Shown here: positions 19,192-27,137 of the stretch, one piece after another
Position numbering within the stretch: position 1 is the first letter of the stretch
Layout of the letters: every line of letters begins with the position of its first letter
IMG/VR virus record: IMGVR_UViG_3300033146_001182
Location: 24,776 to 88,775 of that record
Length of the DNA stretch: 64,000 nt
From: a virus
Strand: one strand, 5' to 3'
Made by a program: the position numbers and the translations under genes
Notes under the pieces: model-generated
What the model was told of the DNA's origin: nothing
What the model saw: the letters and a program-made list of their open reading frames with translations, nothing else
The model's database searches: none

Positions 19192-20052
19192 TCAGGTTGA
19201 CCAGACAGAACCAACATTATCTGATACATCTTGTGTGATACCAGACCGTTCATCTGCCCTTGAGACAGAATACTGGACATCTTCACCACGATTAAGAAGA
19301 TGTTGTTGGAGGGTTGAAAGTCTAGGCAATCCTGTTGGTGTGGTAGTTCCTGGTGATGCTGAATTGACATTTTCCAAAACAACCAAGGCTTCACGACCAA
19401 TTGCCAAAATATCATCAGGTGAAGACCAAGTTTGTGGATGTCGCCAATCACCCCAACAATCAGAAGAACGACCCATTGCGTGATAATGTGAAAACTTATC
19501 TAATCCAATGGTTTTACGGACGATAACTTCATTTACACGGTCATCTTCTGTTTTAATTTCAATAGTAACAGGTGAAATAAGACGTTTGGAGTATTTTGGT
19601 TCAATTGGACGACCATCAACATATTTTGGCCAGTATACACCTTGATACAACCAAACCATACGACCATTACCATTTGAAACAACAGACAAACCAGCTTTTG
19701 CGTGTTCACGAGTAATATTTGGCATAATATTACTTGAGTTCAATCGTTCCTGTAATTCACGTTCTTTTTCTTCATAATCCATACGGTTTTGTTCAACCAT
19801 ATAAGACATTTCTGACATTTTTTCATTCAGAACTGATTTGATTTGTTGAAGTTTTTCGGTAAGTTTAGCAGAATATTCTGCCCGAATATCGTCTTCTGGT
19901 AGAGAAAATTCCTCAGTAATTTCAAGTTTCACCACCCGTCCACCGATACGAACAGTCATTCCCTCAGATTTTACGTCATCAATTGAAACACTATCAAGAG
20001 TGTTATCAATAGAATCTTTAATATCTTCAACAACAGATGTATCCCAAGCCAT
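19192..20052 (-). CDS. Putative E2 (UBC-fold) conjugating enzyme with N-terminal coiled coil
   Basis: FSHYHAMGRSSDCWGDW resembles E2 HPN/HPH...C; downstream helix then LENVNSASP resembles E2 N..SP; its only Cys; lies between Ubl and E1. Confidence 0.65.
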   Translation of the reverse strand: MAWDTSVVEDIKDSIDNTLDSVSIDDVKSEGMTVRIGGRVVKLEITEEFSLPEDDIRAEYSAKLTEKLQQIKSVLNEKMSEMSYMVEQNRMDYEEKERELQERLNSSNIMPNITREHAKAGLSVVSNGNGRMVWLYQGVYWPKYVDGRPIEPKYSKRLISPVTIEIKTEDDRVNEVIVRKTIGLDKFSHYHAMGRSSDCWGDWRHPQTWSSPDDILAIGREALVVLENVNSASPGTTTPTGLPRLSTLQQHLLNRGEDVQYSVSRADERSGITQDVSDNVGSVWST

Positions 20053-20071
20053 AATGTTTTCCTTTCTTTTT

Positions 20072-20117
20072 CGTTATCAGATGAATATATAATACTATTC
20101 TTTTCAGGTGGTGTCAA
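20072..20117 (-). promoter_or_regulatory. Sigma70 promoter plus ATCTGATAACG leader for E2-like gene
   Basis: TTGACA-17-TATTAT-6 nt-ATCTGATAACG. Confidence 0.85.
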
Positions 20118-20121
20118 GAGG

Positions 20122-20163
20122 AAAAAATACAGGATTGAGGTTTTAATTCAATCCTGTATTTTT
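20122..20163 (-). terminator. Terminator after Ubl gene
   Basis: AAAAATACAGGATTGA...TCAATCCTGTATTTTT inverted repeat. Confidence 0.8.
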
Positions 20164-20182
20164 AATTGAAGTTACGTTATTT

Positions 20183-20395
20183 CTAACCAGCCACTTCATA
20201 AGGCTTAATTTCCAGTGCCATGCCACTTTCCATATTAGCTGGAGCAGTAGCAGGGTCAATTTCCGAACCATTCAGAATAACACGGAATTTCCCAAGTCCA
20301 GCATCTTTTGCGGCACTAATTACGGTATCTTTGAAGGAAGTTCCCTCAGTGATGGTAGAAGTAGAACCATTGATAGTCAGAGTTGCGTTTGCCAT
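20183..20395 (-). CDS. Ubiquitin-like beta-grasp protein (70 aa, C-terminal ...YEVAG)
   Basis: Beta-beta-alpha-beta pattern, FRVILNGSEI, LEIKP then free C-terminal Gly; upstream of E2/E1/JAB. Confidence 0.8.
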   Translation of the reverse strand: MANATLTINGSTSTITEGTSFKDTVISAAKDAGLGKFRVILNGSEIDPATAPANMESGMALEIKPYEVAG

Positions 20396-20443
20396 AATAT
20401 TTCTCCTATTTAAGTTGTGGGATATTTCCCGTTGATGATTAGT

Positions 20444-20539
20444 ATAATAACCAATCTAAAATCATTTGTCAATACTTTTTTATTTTTTATTTTTCCCGAA
20501 GACAAGTAAGATAATAACAAAATCATCTTACTCTGTCAA
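20444..20539 (-). promoter_or_regulatory. Two tandem sigma70 promoters for the Ubl gene
   Basis: TTGACA-17-TATTAT at 20539-20511 and 20472-20444; A-rich UP-like tract before the proximal one. Confidence 0.85.
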
Positions 20540-20545
20540 CGATTT

Positions 20546-21001
20546 TTATTCAACATTCCATGATTTATTTTCTTCAATTTTGTTAAGATCCCCTAATGGA
20601 AGACCACAACTTTTTCTAAGAAAATTCCAACCATAGATACGACCATTTGTATCAAAATCTGGTTTTTCAATCAATTTAATGTCATCAGTTGACCACATAT
20701 TTTGATTTTTTTGTACCATTTCAATCCATTGAACATATTGAGTATGATAATCGTAATATCTATCAATATCAGCTTGTGTTGGATTGATAGTAAGGTCTTC
20801 ATTTAGAATGATTTTTAATTGTTCATCAACATATTCTTGTGCTTTAACAACATCATAAACATTTTTTAATAATTTAACATCTTCTTCTGTTAGTTGAACT
20901 GGTTGATTTTGTTGAACTTTTTCTTGTTCATTAATTTTTTTAATTTCGTCAGATAATAACCACCGTTCTATTTTACCACTTAGATTTTTGAAAAATCCCA
21001 T
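20546..21001 (-). CDS. Hypothetical protein
   Basis: ORF with RBS. Confidence 0.65.
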   Translation of the reverse strand: MGFFKNLSGKIERWLLSDEIKKINEQEKVQQNQPVQLTEEDVKLLKNVYDVVKAQEYVDEQLKIILNEDLTINPTQADIDRYYDYHTQYVQWIEMVQKNQNMWSTDDIKLIEKPDFDTNGRIYGWNFLRKSCGLPLGDLNKIEENKSWNVE

Positions 21002-21016
21002 AACTAACCCTTTCCG

Positions 21017-21754
21017 TTATTCTTCTAATTTAGATAATAGGTAATACTTTTCACTACTGTCATTATTTTCAAATAATACCATACCAGCACCTTGTGCGTC
21101 AACCCAAGTAAACTTTGCAGTAAAATTATTTAGGTTTTCATTGATACATTGTAATACAGCATTAAAGTTCTTAAAATCAAAACAAATATCAATATCATCA
21201 TGATCAATTTCACCCAATTCAAAATTGATTCCATTGGCAAACCGATTGGTTCTATCAGTTGTTTCCACACTAAACTTTTTATCTTTTACTGTAAAATAAA
21301 CTTTTTCAAACTTACCAGCAACTTTACGGATTTTATCAAAATATTCACCAACTTCTGGTGTCAATTCAAGTTCATAAAATGCAGGAATATTTGGTTCTTG
21401 TCCAGTGAATGTAGTGACAAATGAAGACATACAAAAATGAAGATTTGTTCTATGCCTACCATCCTTCAATGTTAATTTATCATCTGTTACTATAGCATTT
21501 ACTGTTTCACTATCAATGAGATTAAGATACGGTTTAACCTTCATATTAGGTTCATCAAAATTAAGTTCAATTTCACCTTGAATTTCATTGATGGCTTCGT
21601 TTTTTAAGTCAAGATAAACAACAACTGTATTATTGGCACTCCTCATTTTTGTTGTAATTTTCTCATTATCAGCTTTTAACTGAACAGATGGAATTACATA
21701 ATTAAGAGTTGCTTTCTTAATAACTTCCTGTAATTGTTCTACATTTATAATCAT
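21017..21754 (-). CDS. 45: Sliding clamp (gp45/PCNA-like)
   Basis: 245 aa two-domain clamp pattern, ends YYLLSKLEE; near clamp loader genes. Confidence 0.75.
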   Translation of the reverse strand: MIINVEQLQEVIKKATLNYVIPSVQLKADNEKITTKMRSANNTVVVYLDLKNEAINEIQGEIELNFDEPNMKVKPYLNLIDSETVNAIVTDDKLTLKDGRHRTNLHFCMSSFVTTFTGQEPNIPAFYELELTPEVGEYFDKIRKVAGKFEKVYFTVKDKKFSVETTDRTNRFANGINFELGEIDHDDIDICFDFKNFNAVLQCINENLNNFTAKFTWVDAQGAGMVLFENNDSSEKYYLLSKLEE

Positions 21755-21789
21755 TTATACTAATTCTCCTTAGATTTTTTTATAAGAGA

Positions 21790-21818
21790 ATTGTATCATA
21801 TCATTACATATATGTAAA
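21790..21818 (-). promoter_or_regulatory. TTTACA-class promoter
   Basis: TTTACA-17-TACAAT. Confidence 0.7.
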
Positions 21819-22097
21819 TCAACTATTTTTTGTAGTCCAAACTTTTTCAGATTTTCGTTTTTTTAATTCACCAAGATAGGAATGAAGAAGGAATTGTTGT
21901 TTTACTGTAGGTTTGAACTTCTTCAACATTAAACCAGCACAAAAAGCATTAATAATTGTCCAAGTATTGAATTCAAAATCAATTACACAAGCAATATTCA
22001 TGGCAAATATAATAGCACATAAAAAACTCCATAGTTCTTCTTTGTAAATCAATTTTGTAATACCTTTAATTTCTTCATCTAAGTTCAACTTGTCCAT
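21819..22097 (-). CDS. Small membrane protein
   Basis: Two hydrophobic segments. Confidence 0.6.
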   Translation of the reverse strand: MDKLNLDEEIKGITKLIYKEELWSFLCAIIFAMNIACVIDFEFNTWTIINAFCAGLMLKKFKPTVKQQFLLHSYLGELKKRKSEKVWTTKNS

Positions 22098-22600
22098 AAT
22101 TCCACCTTTCTGTTTGGGTTCAATGTAATTAACTTACCTTTTAAGCCACTTGTTTTAACTGATTTAATATTATTTTCACCATATACAACTAAACAACTTG
22201 GTGCATTTGCCGTATTAGTAATCTTACCAGAAATATGATGAAACTTCAACCTTCCTTTGAAAAAAAATATCGCATCTGCCTTATTCCATATTTGTTCATG
22301 AAATCCAATAGTTTCAGTTCTAGCAAATATTAAACCAATACCATTACCGTGTTTATGTAATTTTTCCATCCATTTGAAAGTTTCTCTCCCATAAGGTGGA
22401 TTACACCATACTCTACCATACCATTCTTGTCGTAAACCATTATCTAATGTTGAATAATGATTTTTTGCTGTATCCCAAGGTCTTACATCAGGAAGTGGTG
22501 AACATGGGTCTAAATCAAACTCACCTAATGATTCAATAATATATGGTGGAGTTAACCATTCTTCTTTATTGTGTGTATTTGTATTAAAATCTTTAGACAT
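22085..22600 (-). CDS. Phage DNA N6-adenine methyltransferase
   Basis: EWLTP, FDLDPC, VWCNPPY, FFKGRLKF. Confidence 0.9.
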   Translation of the reverse strand: MSKDFNTNTHNKEEWLTPPYIIESLGEFDLDPCSPLPDVRPWDTAKNHYSTLDNGLRQEWYGRVWCNPPYGRETFKWMEKLHKHGNGIGLIFARTETIGFHEQIWNKADAIFFFKGRLKFHHISGKITNTANAPSCLVVYGENNIKSVKTSGLKGKLITLNPNRKVELWTS

Positions 22601-22978
22601 TTATTTCTCCGTTAAGGATAATGCTGCTTCTCGTTTAGAAATACCATACATTTCAACTAACTCATTGATTAGTTTTTCTTTATCTTTTGCTACTTTTGTT
22701 TTTTTAGTGAACTTTAAGTATCTTTTACCTTTTGGGATGATGTTTACATAATACTTGAAAATTAATTCATCTGGCAAGGAAAATTGATATTTATTTATTT
22801 CATTAACATATTTTATAATATTAGGATCTTCACTAAGAAACAATGATAATACAAAAGCTGAAAACTCTTTTGGTTCATATTCACAAGGTTGTTTTAGTGT
22901 TATAGCATTAAGAACTTCTGTTAGGTGATTTTTCTTTTTTGGATTTTTTGTTTTTGTTTTTGCCATTTCTTCCCTCAT
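22601..22978 (-). CDS. 62: Clamp loader small subunit (gp62-like)
   Basis: F.LSLFLSED..IIKYVNEINKY...IPKGKRY...YGISKREA. Confidence 0.8.
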   Translation of the reverse strand: MREEMAKTKTKNPKKKNHLTEVLNAITLKQPCEYEPKEFSAFVLSLFLSEDPNIIKYVNEINKYQFSLPDELIFKYYVNIIPKGKRYLKFTKKTKVAKDKEKLINELVEMYGISKREAALSLTEK

Positions 22979-23072
22979 GTTTATGATTTTTCATACAATC
23001 ATTCATAGAATCCTGTAGATTTTTAATAATATCAGGATTTAATTTTGCTGGTTTTTTCTTATTTTTACCCAT

Positions 23073-23372
23073 TTATTCTATCTCCATAATGTTTTCAAAT
23101 ATATGCCAAATTAAAGAATTACTATTCATTGACACTGTTCCAATAAATCTTAATGTATGTTCATAATTCATAGGATTACCAGTTCCAAATACTCTAATTC
23201 GTCTTGGAACTAAAGGATTCTCATCATTCAATTTTACCCACATATATAATGAATCAATCATTTCTCCATATGTTGGTGGTTGAGACATTACACTAAGGAT
23301 TTCTGCATCTTTCGGTAGGTTAATTATTTGAAAATCAGTTACTTCCAGTTTATATTTATATATTTTTTCCAT
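23073..23372 (-). CDS. Conserved small phage protein
   Basis: IYKY.L...LPKDAEILSV...VFGTG...FIGTV...WHIFE pattern. Confidence 0.7.
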   Translation of the reverse strand: MEKIYKYKLEVTDFQIINLPKDAEILSVMSQPPTYGEMIDSLYMWVKLNDENPLVPRRIRVFGTGNPMNYEHTLRFIGTVSMNSNSLIWHIFENIMEIE

Positions 23373-24286
23373 TATACTACACCTTTCATTATCATATTAA
23401 AATACATTGTCATAAAATTAATTTCTCTATTTCCAACAATATTATCTCTATAATCATGTTCACCCAATAGTAAGATTGCCTCACCATCTTTTTTGAATAC
23501 TGAATCTTCTGCCATAAGAGTTGTATAGATATGTGAATATAATCCAGCATAATCAATTTGATGTGATTTAAGAATTGTTCTTACTGCTTCAGGATCACCA
23601 TTTTTCATGGCTTCTAAAATCTCACCATAAGTCTCATCATATGCAGTAATTTTAATATTATTAACCAATTCTCCATTAATAACATTCTCTTTTAATACTA
23701 CCAATGTCTTTCTAATATCAGGTTTTTGTTTCCAGATTGACTTAACTAAATCAATTACAACTTTTTTGTCATATTTAACACCCTCTTTATCAAGAATATA
23801 CCAACATTTCTTGACAACATCAATTGCAGGTGGATTAGATAGTTCAATAACTCTACATCTTGACATTAATTCTGGAATAATTTTATGTACATAGTTACAA
23901 CAAAAAATAAATCTTGTTACACTTTGAACTGATTCCATTAAATCACGAAGCATTGCCTGTGCATTGGTAGATAGATAATCAGCCTCATTAAGATAAACAA
24001 TTTTAATTCCACCAAAACCAGCACTTGTGGCAAAGGATTTAACTTTATCTCTGATTGCATCAATACCTGTTTCATCTGAACAGTTCAATTTCAAAATATC
24101 AGGATTTTTTGTGTGTTTCAAAATGTCAACAAATGTTCCTTTACCAGTACCAGAAGGACCGTATAGGATAATATTTGGTAATTCTTCTAATGCTGCTTGT
24201 AATTTTGGTTTAACTTCATCATCAAGAATCATTTCATCAAAAGTTTTAGGACTATACTTAAACTCATATAAGTCATTCAAATTCAT
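23372..24286 (-). CDS. 44: Clamp loader AAA+ subunit (gp44/RFC-like)
   Basis: KYSPKT, GPSGTGKGT, NCSDETGIDAIR, NEADYL, SRC. Confidence 0.93.
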   Translation of the reverse strand: MNLNDLYEFKYSPKTFDEMILDDEVKPKLQAALEELPNIILYGPSGTGKGTFVDILKHTKNPDILKLNCSDETGIDAIRDKVKSFATSAGFGGIKIVYLNEADYLSTNAQAMLRDLMESVQSVTRFIFCCNYVHKIIPELMSRCRVIELSNPPAIDVVKKCWYILDKEGVKYDKKVVIDLVKSIWKQKPDIRKTLVVLKENVINGELVNNIKITAYDETYGEILEAMKNGDPEAVRTILKSHQIDYAGLYSHIYTTLMAEDSVFKKDGEAILLLGEHDYRDNIVGNREINFMTMYFNMIMKGVV

Positions 24287-24301
24287 ATATTATTTCTCCA
24301 A

Positions 24302-24589
24302 TTATTTTACTGCTCGTTTCAAATTATCTGATGGTTTGAAAGTAGGAACTTGTTTAGATGGAATATGTACAATAGTTCCTGTTTTCGGATTTCTTCCTTT
24401 TCGGGGATTTCGTTGTTTTACAATAAAATTACCAAATCCTACAATTGTAACCTTTCCTTCTTTTCTCATACCATATTCAATACCTTCAAAGGTTTTTTCA
24501 ACAATAATACGAACATCTTTTTTATACATCCCCAATTCTTGGGCAACATATTCAATTAATTCTGCTTTGTTCATTATGTTATTCTCCAC
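24302..24589 (-). CDS. hup: HU/IHF family DNA-binding protein
   Basis: MNKAELI...GFGNF...RKGRNPKTG...PTFKPS. Confidence 0.95.
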   Translation of the reverse strand: MENNIMNKAELIEYVAQELGMYKKDVRIIVEKTFEGIEYGMRKEGKVTIVGFGNFIVKQRNPRKGRNPKTGTIVHIPSKQVPTFKPSDNLKRAVK

Positions 24590-24603
24590 TTGTTTTTCTA
24601 ATG

Positions 24604-24632
24604 ACTATATCAGAAAATAACATTTATGTAAA
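24604..24632 (-). promoter_or_regulatory. TTTACA-class promoter
   Basis: TTTACA-17-TATAGT. Confidence 0.7.
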
Positions 24633-24733
24633 CTTATTCTTCTGGTATTTTTTCTTTATGTTTAACCTTTCTGGTATATTTTGAATTATCTTTATGTAAT
24701 TTGGATGGGGGTGCGGTAGGTTTACGGATAATA

Positions 24734-25012
24734 TCAACAATCTTTTTTTCTTTTTTCATGAGAATATTCCTTATATTTTTCTAATTCTTTATTAAGATAT
24801 TTTTCTAATATGTTGAGATTTTTTTCATCATCTTTGAAATGTTCATATACTTTAATTATATTTAATTTATTTGAATGAAATAAACTTTTAATGGTATGTT
24901 TAGCTGTTTGTTTATCCATTCCTAATTTAATCAAATCATTTTCAAAATCAAGTGGAAATAAACATCTATCAACCCATGAATAAAATCTTAATGTCTCTGT
25001 TAATGTATGCAT
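24734..25012 (-). CDS. Hypothetical protein
   Basis: GGAGG RBS before MHTLTE. Confidence 0.6.
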   Translation of the reverse strand: MHTLTETLRFYSWVDRCLFPLDFENDLIKLGMDKQTAKHTIKSLFHSNKLNIIKVYEHFKDDEKNLNILEKYLNKELEKYKEYSHEKRKKDC

Positions 25013-25064
25013 AATTTCCTCCATTTCTATAAATAATATAATATATTTTATTATTTTAGTCAAT

Positions 25065-25101
25065 AAAAAAGGGAAGAGCATATATATTCCTCTTCCCTTT
25101 T
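25065..25101. terminator. Rho-independent terminator
   Basis: AAAAGGGAAGAG...CTCTTCCCTTTT with T tracts on both strands. Confidence 0.8.
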
Positions 25102-25320
25102 CTCATTTTACATTCTTTTAGTTATTCTTCTTAATATAATATTTAGTCTAATATTTAGTAATCTCTTATTACTAATAATTTATAGGTAAGAATTTTTTAA
25201 CCTTGAAAATCTCCTAACCTTAGTTTACGAACAAGGGTTCTTATGTATTTTGTTTTTGGCCAAAACAGGAAAACTTCTTAACTATCAGCGCTAATATTTA
25301 AGTCGTTCACCTCTTAATGA
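25065..25320 (-). ncRNA. Candidate non-coding transcript (or transcription-primed origin)
   Basis: About 250 nt with no credible ORF between a consensus promoter and a terminator. Confidence 0.4.
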
Positions 25321-25354
25321 CATACACTATACCATTATATATAGTGTATGTCAA
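25317..25354. promoter_or_regulatory. Palindromic promoter (14 bp inverted repeat)
   Basis: TGACATACACTATA-8-TATAGTGTATGTCA; minus TTGACA-17-TATAGT, plus ATGACA-17-TATAGT. Confidence 0.75.
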
Positions 25355-25356
25355 CT

Positions 25357-25623
25357 TTATTTCGGTCTTGTTTTTACAACATCCGAAAATTCATCTTTAT
25401 TTAGATACCAAAATGGTTTTGTTCCATCTTTGTATTGCATTTCCCCAAAATCACCTGGATGGGTAGCAATATGAGCCACCAATCTGATAATATTTGTCAT
25501 ATTAGAATTATCCCAATGATCATCTTTTCTGGCTCTAAGGAATAATACCAGTGGAAAACAAATCATACCTAAAATGAACATTGCTAAACCAAACAATATA
25601 AAACATATATAGATACTAATCAT
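25357..25623 (-). CDS. Small membrane protein
   Basis: N-terminal hydrophobic helix. Confidence 0.6.
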   Translation of the reverse strand: MISIYICFILFGLAMFILGMICFPLVLFLRARKDDHWDNSNMTNIIRLVAHIATHPGDFGEMQYKDGTKPFWYLNKDEFSDVVKTRPK

Positions 25624-25751
25624 CGTCTCCCCCTTCTACCTTGTCCTTGTCCTCTACCTTGTCCTTGTCTTTGTCCACTGTTACAATTACCAGCACCTCT
25701 ACCAGTTTTTGCACCCTGTCCTTGAGGACCTGTTCCATCTTTTCTTGGCAT
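25620..25751 (-). CDS. DUF5320-like Gly/Arg-rich peptide (43 aa, not in ORF track)
   Basis: MPRKDGTGPQGQGAKTGRGAGNCNSGQRQGQGRGQGQGRRGRR; AGGAGGTG RBS. Confidence 0.8.
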   Translation of the reverse strand: MPRKDGTGPQGQGAKTGRGAGNCNSGQRQGQGRGQGQGRRGRR

Positions 25752-25904
25752 AATCATTCACCTCCTTTAAGGATTGCCTTCTCAATCTTAATGCGTTTAA
25801 TCTCATCATCTTTCATGTAAAATGCCATTTTGTTTGATGTTTTTAACAATGGATATTCTTTGCCATCAACAATAATAAATAATCCATCTTTTGTGTAATT
25901 TTTG

Positions 25905-26120
25905 TTAGATTTCATCATCATCTACCCAAATATAATATCCTTCACTTCTTTTATCCAAATCAAACTTTTTATTTTTATATTTAACATAATGTTTATTTGT
26001 TTTGGAATTGAAAGTTGGTTTTCTTTCAATTTTATCAATAACATCATGATAATATGGTCTTACACAAACCGAAATATTAACTTTATCCATAACATACCTC
26101 CTTTTGAGAGATAGTATCAC
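25905..26120 (-). CDS. Hypothetical protein (likely start MDKVNI)
   Basis: AGGAGG RBS; TTTACA-17-TACTAT promoter at 26139-26111. Confidence 0.6.
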   Translation of the reverse strand: MILSLKRRYVMDKVNISVCVRPYYHDVIDKIERKPTFNSKTNKHYVKYKNKKFDLDKRSEGYYIWVDDDEI

Positions 26121-26144
26121 ATTAAGATTTATATGTAAACAAAC

Positions 26145-26519
26145 TCAATAATCAACATATGTTGCATTACCAGATTCAACTAATCTATCGTTGACACAAA
26201 CCCAAACTTCACCATAATTTACTAATACATCGGCAACATATCTACCATATTTTCCATGATTTTTATATGTTTTTAATCTTACTTCCCCACCTGCAAAAAT
26301 TATGTTTTCTAAAAATTGTTTTGCATTATAACCTTTTCGTTTTTCATCTAAATCTTTTGTTCTAGTTTCAGGACAATTAATTCTCGCAAATCTAACATGT
26401 TCATTATGAATCCATGTATCAAATCCCAAATCAATATCACAAACAATTGTATCACCATCAATAACACGAACTACCTTACATTTATACAAATAATCAATCT
26501 GCGTCTGCTGGTTTAACAT
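26145..26519 (-). CDS. Thermonuclease (SNase-like)
   Basis: VRVIDGDT, VRFARINCPET, GKYGRYVA, NDRLVESGNA. Confidence 0.9.
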   Translation of the reverse strand: MLNQQTQIDYLYKCKVVRVIDGDTIVCDIDLGFDTWIHNEHVRFARINCPETRTKDLDEKRKGYNAKQFLENIIFAGGEVRLKTYKNHGKYGRYVADVLVNYGEVWVCVNDRLVESGNATYVDY

Positions 26520-26754
26520 CTTCACCTCTCGCTTTTGCTTCTTTATAGGCTTTCCAATATTGTGATGTTTCACCTGTCCAATCACACATATCAGTTTTAT
26601 TATTATATTTTAATTCAAATGACCCAAATGACACCTTTTTTGTCATAGGTTTACCACATTCAGGACATAATTCTGTTGGTTGTTCACCATATTTAAGATT
26701 TACATCTTCTTTAATTATTTTACAATCATGACAAATAATATCACACCACGGCAT
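26494..26754 (-). CDS. FmdB-family zinc ribbon protein
   Basis: MP...CHDC...CPECG...FELK. Confidence 0.75.
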   Translation of the reverse strand: MPWCDIICHDCKIIKEDVNLKYGEQPTELCPECGKPMTKKVSFGSFELKYNNKTDMCDWTGETSQYWKAYKEAKARGEDVKPADAD

Positions 26755-26989
26755 ATACTTGTTCTCCTTTTAATCTACAATTTTGGCATATAAATTCACC
26801 ATTCTCAGAATCAAGAATAAAATCAGTATTTTCTTCAATATACTTTATTTGTTCATCTGCTGTTAAATGTGATTTATATATAAACACTGATGATTCTTGT
26901 CCACAATCATTACATTTAATTACAGCAAAATCCCACTCTTCTTTATATTTATGTTGATTTGGTGTATCCAGATGCATACCATCCCCCAC
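26741..26989 (-). CDS. Small Zn-finger protein
   Basis: CNDC...CQNC. Confidence 0.55.
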   Translation of the reverse strand: MGDGMHLDTPNQHKYKEEWDFAVIKCNDCGQESSVFIYKSHLTADEQIKYIEENTDFILDSENGEFICQNCRLKGEQVYAVV

Positions 26990-27137
26990 CTTTCAACTCA
27001 AATGATGACCTACTAGGTATCTTTATCATCATTCTTCCACATTCTTCACATGTTAATTGTTTCAATTTTGAATCTTCCATTTTTAATAGTCGTTCCTTTA
27101 CACCACATGCAGGACAACAAAATTCATAAAGAGGCAT
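26949..27137 (-). CDS. FmdB-family zinc ribbon protein
   Basis: MPLYEFCCPACG...CEECG...FELKGGGWYASGY. Confidence 0.9.
   Translation of the reverse strand: MPLYEFCCPACGVKERLLKMEDSKLKQLTCEECGRMMIKIPSRSSFELKGGGWYASGYTKST

Noticed and set aside
18489-20395. ThiS/ThiF or MoaD/MoeB sulfur-relay interpretation
   Set aside because: No thiamine, molybdopterin or tRNA-thiolation partners nearby and an E2-like gene intervenes; disfavoured rather than excluded
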